Assembly: GCA_040903985.1 (NCBI GenBank) | Contig: JBBDUI010000002.1 | Location: 262,038 to 326,037, forward strand | DNA length: 64,000 bases | Direction of reading: 5' to 3' | Source: Candidatus Saccharimonadales bacterium | GTDB taxonomy: Bacteria > Patescibacteriota > Saccharimonadia > QS-5-54-17 | In this document: piece by piece, positions 47,061-57,000 of the stretch | Numbering within the stretch: the stretch's first letter is position 1 | Layout of the letters: each line of letters opens with the position of its first letter | Translations under genes and position numbers: made by a program | Notes under the pieces: generated by a model | Told to the model about the DNA's origin: nothing | What the model saw: only the letters and a program-made list of their open reading frames with translations | Database searches by the model: none

Positions 47061-48692
47061 CTATCTAACAAACTCGAGATAGTCGACCTCTAAGCAGCCG
47101 TACCCGGAGTAGTTAACTACGTAGTACAGATTGAATTGCGAACTGCCACTAACATTGAAGGTATAGGTGTTGTAACTAGTGCTAGATACTATATGGGTAG
47201 TGCCCACATAGTTACTGCCACCGTTGATGTTTATACGCATCCTGGGGCTACCTGAAGTACTACAGCGTCTTGCCCGCACCTCGATACTAGAGTAGTTATC
47301 CTGGGGCGTGAGGTACATCCCGACCCAAGAGTGCGACGGATTCATACGCTGGGCTTGACCGCCAGAAGCACTACCGTTGTTAACTACTACGGCACCCGAG
47401 TTGACATTAAAAGTTTCAGCCTCATAAATCTCCTCATCCGGCTCAGGCGGATCATCCTGAGGCAAATCAGGTAGAGTTGGTTCTTGGCCTTGATCGACAT
47501 TACCTGCCACTAAACAGTTACCCAGAGTATAGCCCGTGCCCGGTGCACTAGGTTCATCAACCTGCTGCACGCCGACCTTACAGACCGGCAGGACTGGATC
47601 GCCGGAGTAGAGTACGTAATCGAAAATACCCAGGATACGGCCGTTGCGCTCTTTCCGGGCCACGATACGCCGCCGGATATCTCCGGACTGACCCACTACA
47701 TCGATCAGCACGGTACTTCCAGGGATATACAGCGGCGGCTGAGTGCTGCCAGGCTGGTGGGAATTAAGTCGAGTATCGATCAGCTTAGTCCGGTAGCTGA
47801 CCTGGTAAGCATTTGGATTCGAATCAGAGGCTCCGGCAAAAAGTGGTCGAACCCGAAAGATGTAGCGCCGACTGGTATCGGTGGTCGTAATGTCGATACA
47901 GTTAGCGTAGAGATCCTGCTCGGTCGGGTTGGTACCGGCCACGCTAATATTTATAAACCGACCCGACTGAACATTAGAAACTTCGGAGAACACATACTTC
48001 TCCGTCTCGATGGCCCCGGCGTTGTTACTCGGATACGAAAGAACGGTTAGCTCCAGATCCGGCAGTACAGTTACATTTCCCGGGCCTTTAGGTGTCCAGC
48101 AGTACTCGATTCCCCCAAAAGCCGCATGGATCGAGCTGCCGTCACTGTCTGTACCGTCGTTACCATAGATCGTGCCGTTAATCTCCCGACGTAATTCAGT
48201 AGTATCGAGCTGAATCGACTCATCTTTTACCTGCGTACCCAGCGGCGCCAAGGGCTCTTCATACACTCGCCGTTGCCGCCAGGACAGTCGACCGAAGATA
48301 TCGGCATGGTCGGACTCCGGATCCGCCGCGATACCGAGCGAACCACCCAAGTTACTTCCTCCATCACTATCAGTTAACTGCATACGATCACCATGCTGAG
48401 AACCACCATTAGCACCGTTAGTGTACTGTTCAGGAAATATCTCGGCCAGCTCCAATTCGACACTTGTATTGGCATCCAGGCGACGGCTGGCCTCTTCGAC
48501 ACCGGCTTCGGCCGCATAGTAAGCCGCGTCTGATAGATCGACTTCACTGGCCTGTGAGAGCTCACTAATCGCTAGCCGCGAGGCCACCACCGTAGTTGTC
48601 ATGAGTAAAATAGACATGATCATTACCAGATAGAGCGCTACACTACCCTGACTATCCATCCGGTGTTGCGGCTGCAGACTACGTACTATCAT
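47061..48692 (-). CDS. PilX-N-like pseudopilin-related protein with a C-terminal carbohydrate-binding-module-like (CBM6/35-type) domain. It is a candidate pilus-associated adhesin.
   Basis: 543 aa. It has an N-terminal hydrophobic PilX_N-like segment (SVALYLVMIMSILLMTTTVVASRLAISE). Its C-terminal ~130 aa (YEAETFNVNSGAVVVNNGSASGGQAQRM...YVVNYSGYGCLEVDYLEF) resemble CBM6/35 beta-sandwich lectins. Confidence 0.55.
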   Translation of the reverse strand: MIVRSLQPQHRMDSQGSVALYLVMIMSILLMTTTVVASRLAISELSQASEVDLSDAAYYAAEAGVEEASRRLDANTSVELELAEIFPEQYTNGANGGSQHGDRMQLTDSDGGSNLGGSLGIAADPESDHADIFGRLSWRQRRVYEEPLAPLGTQVKDESIQLDTTELRREINGTIYGNDGTDSDGSSIHAAFGGIEYCWTPKGPGNVTVLPDLELTVLSYPSNNAGAIETEKYVFSEVSNVQSGRFINISVAGTNPTEQDLYANCIDITTTDTSRRYIFRVRPLFAGASDSNPNAYQVSYRTKLIDTRLNSHQPGSTQPPLYIPGSTVLIDVVGQSGDIRRRIVARKERNGRILGIFDYVLYSGDPVLPVCKVGVQQVDEPSAPGTGYTLGNCLVAGNVDQGQEPTLPDLPQDDPPEPDEEIYEAETFNVNSGAVVVNNGSASGGQAQRMNPSHSWVGMYLTPQDNYSSIEVRARRCSTSGSPRMRININGGSNYVGTTHIVSSTSYNTYTFNVSGSSQFNLYYVVNYSGYGCLEVDYLEFVR

Positions 48693-49216
48693 CGTCGCGG
48701 CACCACTGTAGTTGTCGTCTCGTACTCATAGTAGTAAGGATCCGTCTCAACTAAGCCGGCTTGGGGCTGGGCACTACGCATATACAGCCGCAAAGGACTG
48801 GTAGCGGAAGATCCGGTAGCGATAACTTCTAGCTCAAAGTCGATTACCCTAATCACACCGCTCGTTAGGTTCTCTCCGGCAGTGGCCGAAGTCGGACAAC
48901 TCACCCCGCACTGCACTCGATAAATTCCATCGTCAACTATATAAGTGTAGCGGACTTGGGCGGACGGGGTCAGAGCGTTAGGCAGTAGGATCTGTCGCCC
49001 GTTATCACTCAGTGAGTAGGTATTGGCGTTACGGACATCACGTGTGATGGTCTCCAGGGCATACCGAGTAGTTTGCTGGACGTTACGTACCGACTCTGCC
49101 TTCTCCTGCAGGCGCACAATTGAGATAAAGCCCATAGTGGCCACCATCATGGTCACCGATAAGATAGCCATACTTATCGCCACCTCAACCAGGGTGAAAC
49201 CGTGCTGATTATTCAT
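48689..49216 (-). CDS. Prepilin-type N-terminal cleavage/methylation domain protein (minor pilin-like)
   Basis: MNNQHGFTLVEVAISMAILSV is the class III signal peptide G|FTLVE. Confidence 0.7.
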   Translation of the reverse strand: MNNQHGFTLVEVAISMAILSVTMMVATMGFISIVRLQEKAESVRNVQQTTRYALETITRDVRNANTYSLSDNGRQILLPNALTPSAQVRYTYIVDDGIYRVQCGVSCPTSATAGENLTSGVIRVIDFELEVIATGSSATSPLRLYMRSAQPQAGLVETDPYYYEYETTTTVVPRR

Positions 49217-49835
49217 AGGTAGCTCCTAGCGGAGTCGAGAGTACGCTGCGATAAACGAGCTCTCGCCGGGGCGGACCGGCCTCCTGCCATAACACTCTTA
49301 CTTCCACATCGTAGAGGAACTGGCTGGTCTGGTAGCCGCCCTGAGCCACTCCGTCTACCAGGTCCACGCTATACTCTTCTGTCTCGCATAGCTCGATAAC
49401 CCGCTCAAAGTTATCGAAGCCAACATAATCGCCACCGCTGGCAAAGTCACTCTGCTGATAAGCCGTTGGCTCCTGATAACTACTAGTCGGCTCCAGCCGC
49501 CAGCCGGTATCACTCTCTTCATCGCCCACCACTACAAAGGAAAAGCAACGGCTGCCGCTACCTTGAGCCGGCACGTTAGCCAGTAAATCGGTAATTAACA
49601 GCGTACTCTCACCACCCCCCCGCTCGGCTAGCCCGTCACGGTGATTTCGTAAGGTCTCCAGCTCACGCATTGCTAAGGCTGTCGCCTGAGTCCGCCTACC
49701 AGACTCAGTAGTTAATCGTGTAGTGCTGGTAGCTAAAGCGCCGGAGGCAGCCATGGCGATAGCTAGCAGCGCGATAGCGATTACCACCTCAATTAAGGTT
49801 AAGCCGGTTTGATCTTTAGTTAATCTAAGCTGCAT
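49209..49835 (-). CDS. Prepilin-type N-terminal cleavage/methylation domain protein (minor pilin-like)
   Basis: MQLRLTKDQTGLTLIEVVIAIALLAIA contains G|LTLIE. Confidence 0.7.
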   Translation of the reverse strand: MQLRLTKDQTGLTLIEVVIAIALLAIAMAASGALATSTTRLTTESGRRTQATALAMRELETLRNHRDGLAERGGGESTLLITDLLANVPAQGSGSRCFSFVVVGDEESDTGWRLEPTSSYQEPTAYQQSDFASGGDYVGFDNFERVIELCETEEYSVDLVDGVAQGGYQTSQFLYDVEVRVLWQEAGPPRRELVYRSVLSTPLGATYE

Positions 49836-49838
49836 CTA

Positions 49839-50534
49839 TTACTGTACCCTCGTATCAATACTACCGTTTTTCGGATCATAGGTCACATAACCTACCAGGC
49901 TGGTCGCCTCATCTTCTAGCACAAAAGTGACCGGTACCTCTTGATCATAGGCGCGTACATTAGGGTCATAGGCGTTAGGATTACCGGGACTGGCATTTAC
50001 ATAGTGTTGATCGGCGGTGTATGCACGACCATCCGGAGCCAGCAGAGCTAGCGATAACTCGCCGTGAGTAGACGCACACATAGCACCGACGTTTGATGAT
50101 AAGTCCGCTAGGTTACAGTTACTGCCGATACCGCTGAGATTCAAGCCGATATCAGTTAGGCGGTATTCCTGCCGGATCTGTTTTCCGGTCAGACCCAAGC
50201 GCTGATCGATATTATTGCTAAAACGTGAGATATCTTGCCCTAACAGTAAGTACTGCCGGTAGAGATCACCGCCGACACTATACTCGAGCACGTTGCCTCG
50301 CCAGTAGCAGTCAGCTCCTTCCGCGCAGCTACCGACCTGCGATGAGTAAGCGTTTACCTCAGCCTCTGTAATGGCGTTGGCAAACTCGTTGACGTTACCA
50401 CTGAAGCGCTCGATAGCTATATTGCTAGTACCGGAACCAACTAAAGTCATGGTAAAAATACCGATGATTGCTAGCACCACCACTATTTCGATTAAGGTGT
50501 AGCCGTCTGAGTTGAATAGTCGGTTTTTTTTCAT
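49839..50534 (-). CDS. Prepilin-type N-terminal cleavage/methylation domain protein (minor pilin-like)
   Basis: MKKNRLFNSDGYTLIEIVVVLAIIGI contains G|YTLIE. The start was set at the internal Met, because the track ORF carries a 14-aa artefactual extension. Confidence 0.65.
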   Translation of the reverse strand: MKKNRLFNSDGYTLIEIVVVLAIIGIFTMTLVGSGTSNIAIERFSGNVNEFANAITEAEVNAYSSQVGSCAEGADCYWRGNVLEYSVGGDLYRQYLLLGQDISRFSNNIDQRLGLTGKQIRQEYRLTDIGLNLSGIGSNCNLADLSSNVGAMCASTHGELSLALLAPDGRAYTADQHYVNASPGNPNAYDPNVRAYDQEVPVTFVLEDEATSLVGYVTYDPKNGSIDTRVQ

Positions 50535-50619
50535 GTTTCCGGTCTGGGTTATGTTTACGCTTATAGTAACATACACTGGTCATATCTGACTCCTGTATGT
50601 TGCGCCGCGGTGTAACGAT

Positions 50620-51051
50620 TTACTGGTTGCGAATATCTACTTCGCCGCCGACTTCCAAGCAGACACCTAGATCGTAGCTGCGACCGCCGTCCGAGCGGGA
50701 ATAGGTTATCTGATAGGTATCACCATCCTCAGTACTACAAGCATCGGCATCAAAGGCTCCAATTCGCGTGTACTTAAACCCGCCGACATCACCTTCAAGT
50801 TCCGGCAAATAGTCATCGATCTCGTCAATAACAGCGGTATTAGCTGGGTACTCGCCGCCGTTATTTGCAGAATATGACTCAAGGGCGGCGGCAATCTGGC
50901 TAGCCTCTTGGCGCCGCGTGCTGTCCCGCTGATTACGCTGAGCGGAGGAAATGGCGTTTAAGACTACTAGAATAATTAAAGCACCGATGGCTAGAACGAT
51001 AACTACTTCGATTAGGGTAAATCCGCGACTGTTTTTGGCTTTTTCTAGCAC
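50620..51051 (-). CDS. pilA: Type IV pilin (probable major pilin, PilA-like)
   Basis: 143 aa. MLEKAKNSRGFTLIEVVIVLAIGALIIL contains G|FTLIE with Glu5. The size is typical of major pilins. Confidence 0.7.
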   Translation of the reverse strand: MLEKAKNSRGFTLIEVVIVLAIGALIILVVLNAISSAQRNQRDSTRRQEASQIAAALESYSANNGGEYPANTAVIDEIDDYLPELEGDVGGFKYTRIGAFDADACSTEDGDTYQITYSRSDGGRSYDLGVCLEVGGEVDIRNQ

Positions 51052-51134
51052 GCTGTCCTCCTTAGGTAACCGACTGCTATCTGGTTATGCTTTATTGTAC
51101 TAAAGATATGTAGTTGTAGTCAATTATTCTACAA

Positions 51135-52355
51135 CTACCGTATATTTGAGACGAGATTATAGATCGGCAGTAGTACGGCCGCTACTAAGAAAGCTACGAT
51201 TCCACCTAGAACCACCATCGTGATCGGCTCGATTAGTGAGGATATATTTTCCATCGCCTCATCAACCTCGGACTCAAAGTAGCTAGCTACTCGGTTCATA
51301 CTATCGCCCACGCTACCGGTCTCTTCGCCGACCTCAATCATCTGACCTACTAACGGTAGAAACAGCGGGTTATTCTGAATCGGCTTCGAGATGGCGTCAC
51401 CGGACTTAACCCGCTCGGAGATCTCCTTAATAGCTCGCTCCAGATGGACGTTATTAATAGCTCGCGAGGTGATCTTTAAGGCCTGTAGCACCGACACCCC
51501 GCTGTTAATCAGTGAGGCCATCGTTCGGGTGAACCGCGCCATGTAGACCTTTTTGACGATGATGCTGACGGCCGGAATGTGCAATTTCAAACTATCGAAC
51601 GCGTCCCGACCCCTATCACTTTTAATGTAGGCTCGGCTGCCGTAAATCGCTAAAGCCAGCGCCGCGAGTACTACATAGAAGTATCCTTTAAAGAAATCAG
51701 AGATGGTGATTAGGATGTTGGTCAAACTCGGCAGTGGCTGGTTCAGCTCGACATACATGTTAGCTACCTGGGGAATCACCATGGTAATCATTAGACCAGT
51801 TACAGCCAACAGCACGATCAGTACCACAACCGGATAAGTTAGAGCACTACGCACCTTCGAACGAATCGCCTGATCCTTCTCCTCCTGATCTGCCAGGCGC
51901 AGTAAGGTCTCATCTAGATTACCGCTCATCTCCCCGGCCTCGACCATACTGATATAGATCATGTTAAAGACTTCCGGATACTGCGCCAACGAATTAGCTA
52001 GAGTTCCACCGCCCTGAATGTTGTTGCTCACCCCCTGCATGATCTTGCTCAGTTTCTGATTATCGATCTGCTGTACCAGGATCTGAAGCGCTTTAGCCAA
52101 TGGCAGACCGGCCCGGACCAGGGTCGCCAACTGACGGGTCAATATCACTCTATCCTTGGCCTTAATGCGACGTACATCCTGTACGTAGCGACGAAGCTTC
52201 TCCCCAAAATCCGACTCATCCAGCGGCTTAACCTCTACCGGGAACAAGTTCTTACTAACTAGTAGTTTAGCCGCTTCAGACGGGCTAGTAGCCTCTACTC
52301 GGGCCTTAACGACCTTGCCGTTAGTATCCTTGGCGATATAGGTATATTCCTGCAT
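51135..52355 (-). CDS. pilC: Type IV pilus inner-membrane platform protein PilC (GspF family)
   Basis: 406 aa with duplicated GspF domains and 3 TM segments. Confidence 0.8.
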   Translation of the reverse strand: MQEYTYIAKDTNGKVVKARVEATSPSEAAKLLVSKNLFPVEVKPLDESDFGEKLRRYVQDVRRIKAKDRVILTRQLATLVRAGLPLAKALQILVQQIDNQKLSKIMQGVSNNIQGGGTLANSLAQYPEVFNMIYISMVEAGEMSGNLDETLLRLADQEEKDQAIRSKVRSALTYPVVVLIVLLAVTGLMITMVIPQVANMYVELNQPLPSLTNILITISDFFKGYFYVVLAALALAIYGSRAYIKSDRGRDAFDSLKLHIPAVSIIVKKVYMARFTRTMASLINSGVSVLQALKITSRAINNVHLERAIKEISERVKSGDAISKPIQNNPLFLPLVGQMIEVGEETGSVGDSMNRVASYFESEVDEAMENISSLIEPITMVVLGGIVAFLVAAVLLPIYNLVSNIR

Positions 52356-52358
52356 ACG

Positions 52359-52616
52359 CTAAAACGAGAAGGGGTTAGATTTACCGGTATCGGTTTCCAG
52401 ATTAGGCCGGTTGTCATTAGCCTGCTCGACCGCATTTAGCCCGTCGAGGTTAAAGTCGGTACTAAACTCTGTACTGCGCGGGGTGATGGGACCTGGCTCG
52501 GTACTGGAGGAAGATAGGGCAAAGTAGGCTACCGCTATAAGAGCGATCACTACTAAGACTGCTACCTCATTCACAGTACGGCGCTGTTCCCGAGTTAGTT
52601 TATCTAGGACTTTCAT
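52359..52616 (-). CDS. Hypothetical small membrane protein in the pilus operon
   Basis: 85 aa with one TM segment, between pilO and pilC. Confidence 0.35.
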   Translation of the reverse strand: MKVLDKLTREQRRTVNEVAVLVVIALIAVAYFALSSSSTEPGPITPRSTEFSTDFNLDGLNAVEQANDNRPNLETDTGKSNPFSF

Positions 52617-53260
52617 TCTTGACCTCCTAGCTCATCCGCATCATCCGGTGAGATATTCTGGTAGTAGGCATCTAGGGTTAACGTCAGATTAAGTGCACTA
52701 TCGGCAATAACATCACCGGAACTGCCCGAAGCGCTAAAACTACGTACCTCGATGAAACGAGAACTACTCTCAAGTTGATCCAAGAAACTAGTGATGGCTT
52801 CGTATGAGCCAGTCAGGTTCACCGTGGCACTATAGTTAGTGTAAGTACCGGTCTCATCCTGGCTGGCTACACTACCGCTTCCGGCTATCGTCTCTGGGCG
52901 GAAATTACTTAGTAGAACGTTGTTATCTTGCGCCAGGCTACCGAGCAAAGCGATCAGGTACTGCTCTTCATTCTCTTCCGGTAGCAGGCTTAAGATTTCG
53001 TCACGCTGATCGAGCACGGAATCATAGTTCTCGCGTAGCCGTTGTGTATCGTCGATTAGTTTCTGTAGATTATCATTCTGCTCTAGGATCTGCGCTCGCT
53101 CGGTTCGGGTAGCCTGAAGGTTTGTATAAGCCGGACGGATCAAAAGATAACCAACTAAAGCCGCCACGACAAGGCCACCCAGCAGATACAAACCAAGTAA
53201 GTTATTGAGACTCATATCGTTGAGCTTCTGCTTCATGTTCTGAATCGAATTATTCATCAT
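52613..53260 (-). CDS. pilO: Type IV pilus assembly protein PilO-like
   Basis: It has an N-terminal TM segment and a coiled-coil (LQATRTERAQILEQNDNLQKLIDDTQRLRENYD), and lies downstream of pilN. The start was set at an internal Met, because the long track extension overlaps pilN. Confidence 0.55.
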   Translation of the reverse strand: MMNNSIQNMKQKLNDMSLNNLLGLYLLGGLVVAALVGYLLIRPAYTNLQATRTERAQILEQNDNLQKLIDDTQRLRENYDSVLDQRDEILSLLPEENEEQYLIALLGSLAQDNNVLLSNFRPETIAGSGSVASQDETGTYTNYSATVNLTGSYEAITSFLDQLESSSRFIEVRSFSASGSSGDVIADSALNLTLTLDAYYQNISPDDADELGGQE

Positions 53261-53939
53261 TCTCTCCCGGTGCGGCGGGTTCGGCTGCACCACTATCTTG
53301 CGCCGGAGTCGACCCCTCTGTTTCCGCAGCATCATCCTCCGGCACTTCTTCCTCCTCAGCCACCGGCCGTAACGGCACATAGCCGGCCTGAAGCTCGAAA
53401 TTAACTGCCCCGGCATCAGCTAGAGAAGCACCGAAGAGGGCTACATCACGAAAGTAGCCGAGAGTATCACGGTTAGTCTCAGCCCGAACGGCAGAATTCT
53501 TCATTGCCTGCTCGAACTCTCCGACCGCTTGGTACGATCGGGCCGTACCACTGATACTAATCGCTCCGTCACGGCCATAGATTAAATCTCGTACTCTCAC
53601 ATTGGCCGTCGAGGTATCAGCTAGTACTTGCAGGAACTGACCGGCCGATTGTCGATCGACAAAGAGCTGGGCTAAAGCCTCCAGACTGGACTGAACTGCT
53701 AACGCTTCTTCTCTAAAAGCTACACTCTCTTCCGAATTAGCGATACTCTCCAAGCGCTGCTGCTCATCGACCGCATTATTGCGCATCACTACCTGCACTC
53801 GAGCGACCGCAAAAACCCCCAGCCATATTGCTAAGAATAGTCCTAGCCAAGCTAAAACAGATAGATTAGCGATATGTCGGATGCGCGCCTGTCGTCGTCG
53901 TTCTAGAACTACGTCAGGAAGTAAGTTTATTTTTACCAT
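53250..53939 (-). CDS. pilN: Type IV pilus assembly protein PilN
   Basis: MVKINLLPDVVLERRRQARIRHIANLSVLAWLGLFLAIWL contains the conserved INLLP motif and a TM segment. Confidence 0.7.
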   Translation of the reverse strand: MVKINLLPDVVLERRRQARIRHIANLSVLAWLGLFLAIWLGVFAVARVQVVMRNNAVDEQQRLESIANSEESVAFREEALAVQSSLEALAQLFVDRQSAGQFLQVLADTSTANVRVRDLIYGRDGAISISGTARSYQAVGEFEQAMKNSAVRAETNRDTLGYFRDVALFGASLADAGAVNFELQAGYVPLRPVAEEEEVPEDDAAETEGSTPAQDSGAAEPAAPGENDE

Positions 53940-54007
53940 TATATATATTGACCCATTTGGTTGTTTTCAGTGTACCTTATACTACTTATGCTTCACAAGT
54001 ACCGACC

Positions 54008-57000
54008 CTAGTTGCGCGGTACGGTGTCGTTCCATACGGCATCAGCAGTAAAGATACGGCTGAATCCAGGTGGCGGATTGACCACGACCCGACCGTCGTA
54101 GAAGAACTGCTCTGCTCCATTGCCGAGTCGATTACTGGCACCACTTGGTTGACGGGCGAGAATGAAGTTATTGGCAATTACTAAGCCGTTAATACTAAGG
54201 GGAGAGTCATCTAGTATGCGGTTGCTGTTCCCGACCGGCTGAGCGCAGCTGCGGTTACTAGTATCAGTTAAGAGAAGGCTGCCGGAGTTGAAACAGCCGT
54301 TAGCGAAGTAACTGCCGGAGATACTGGTAACGTTTGGACTGATGTAGATATTACCGGTAACGATAAAGCCGGCTGAAGGCAAGATATCCCGATCATTCAC
54401 CAGAGCGGTGTTATAACTTACATTGTCGGTGATATACAGATCACCATCGACAATAATAGTTCCTGCACCCCCGGTAAAAGTATGGCTGCTCAGGTTGAGA
54501 TCACCGTCACAATAGAATACGTTGTCACTCTTCTGCGCACTAGCTCGCTCTAGGTTATTGGGAATGCTACAGGTGTCTGCAGCTGTGTTAACCAGCGCCT
54601 GATAGTCTTGAAATACGTAGTTAACTGGGTCTTCCCCGTCCGGATAGAAGGCGCCGACTCGGTCGCGGTTCGGGTTTATATTGTAGTCTTCAAAACTCCG
54701 GCTCTGATTACGGAAATTAATGATCTGACTATTAGAGAACAGGAAGGCCGAATTTGCTTGCGAGTCTTGGAAGTAGCTATGTAGGTTTCCCCCAGAGAAT
54801 ACGTCAGCCGCGCTGACATCCACGATCGGATTATAAATAGTGGCTAAACCGCGGCCAGCTAGAGTGGCCCGGGTCGGGTCGGTACCATACAGACGTTCAT
54901 CCCCAGTACCGCTGCGGTAGCGCGGACCGAGCTTACGCTCACGATTAGTATAGGTCTGCTCATAACGCACTCGCTGTAAGTTAGAGGCCCAACTCCAGCC
55001 GACGTCTACGAGTCCGTCGCTGTTACCATCATAGGTAGCGGCATTACCGTATTTACCATAAACATGACCATTGATTGCACTTGAAGAGGTATCTTCATAT
55101 ATCCGCTTTGCACTGGGGTAGTAAGAGGCCACACTAACGGTTGTCGTAAAGGTTGTGTGGCTCCCATTGGGGTACCGGGTGATACAGGATGAGCCAGTCT
55201 TGTACCAATCGTCCCTAAAGCTGGGCGTAATACTCTGGCTGAAGATGTGACGGTTATTGTAGGCCGGATCGCTAGTATTGTAGATCCAGCGGTTGAAATG
55301 TGACGGCTTTTGACTAGAGGCAGAGTTACTCATATTAGTAACCCCACTATCTTGCCAGAAGTTCGTCACCCCTACCCGCCCCCAAGTTGGCGTAGTACTG
55401 TAGCTACTATAGAAAGCGCTCGAAGCGTTCCCTCCATTCCCACCGTAGGGCATCTGCTGTGTAGTAGTCTGAGTATTGCGCCAACCATAGCGACTTTGGG
55501 TAGAGTCATTATAGTAGTTCAAACTATTATTACGGTAGGCCACACTGGTATTACCAACACAGTAAGTCGAGGTCGAGGTATAGCTAGTACCGGTTCGGAA
55601 GCAGTTCCACGAACCAGTGTGATGATTGTTAGGGTTAGACCCTATACTACTGTAGCTATGAGTATGCGATGAACCGGTATTACTATGTACGCAGCGCCAA
55701 TGATACGCTGTAACCTGTCTTGAACCATAGTTAGTGAGTTGGATTCGATTAACACTGGTGCTTGTGGTACCCCCGCGGGGACCCCTATCCACTCCGGTAG
55801 CCCGACGGGCCTGATTGGTGTACCAGTGCCCTTTATCGTCCACCTGACTCCAGTCGACATACTCATCCCACTGCAGGTCAACCCGATCGATACTATCAAG
55901 TGAGGCGGTATAGGTCAGCGGTTCGTTAGGATTGTCATACGGTGGATTTGAGTTATCCTGTCCGTCCTGCAGGAGTGATACGGCTGTACCGCTCGCATAA
56001 ATGCGATCGGCTGCCGTGTAGTCGGTACCGATATTTTGTGGGTCGTAAACAAAGTTTCCCACTCCGCCCGAACTCGTAACATTAGGGAAGGTTTGATTCG
56101 GACTGGTTTCGGTCACGTTAAGCAAGCCGGTACTGGGCTCGCGGATGTTATCCCAGGCTGGACCACTGTCTGGTCCTTGGCTCTGACGTGGTAAGGTCGA
56201 CTGGCTATTGTCGGTAGGAAATAACAGCGGCTGCTGCAGTAAGTCTCGGTCTATCGGGCCCTGCAAACCGCCTTCAGCTAAAAGTCCACTCATCCCGCGT
56301 CCTTCAATGTGGATATTCGACATCTCGATATTATTAATTCGATTACCCTGAAAGCCACCGACATTACTGTTCAGTCCTGAGGCCACTCCGCCACAATAAC
56401 GGTTATAGCTAGTGGTGTAGTTGCCGCAGCTAGTGACCTGGGAGCTGCTCTGAGAGCCCAGACTTTCGTCACGAATACTACGCCAATTATTCCCTCCCGG
56501 GGTAGTTGAGCCGTCCTTAGTATTAGTAGTCGCGACTCCAGTTCCGTCCGACTGCGGGACGTAGGCGGCCGGCACGCGCTTACGACAGAGTCCGGCTTCT
56601 GGCGTCGGACAGTTTGCCTCAGCAGCTAAGTTAAAACTAGTCCAGGTCTGCGGGTGGGCATTAGAAGATTGATCCCCGATTCCCATACTGTCTCCACGAT
56701 CATCACCATAAATGCCCGCTAGCCATAGGTTAGTATTGTTATCATCTCCCCGATCTAAGATACCAGCATTGGGCCAAAGATAGGCCAGCACATTAATCTG
56801 AAACTGTTCATTATCCCGCACGTAAGCCTGGGGGATGTCGACTGTAGTCGCTCCATATATCCGGTGGTCGGCCGCTTCCGGCAGCGCAGCTAAACGTTCA
56901 AAGTGCCACCACACACTCACGTAGTGCTCAACAGAATCGTTGGGAACGTTTATAGTAATCGAATTCTGCTGCAAATGACCGGCGGCATTATGATAGGCCA

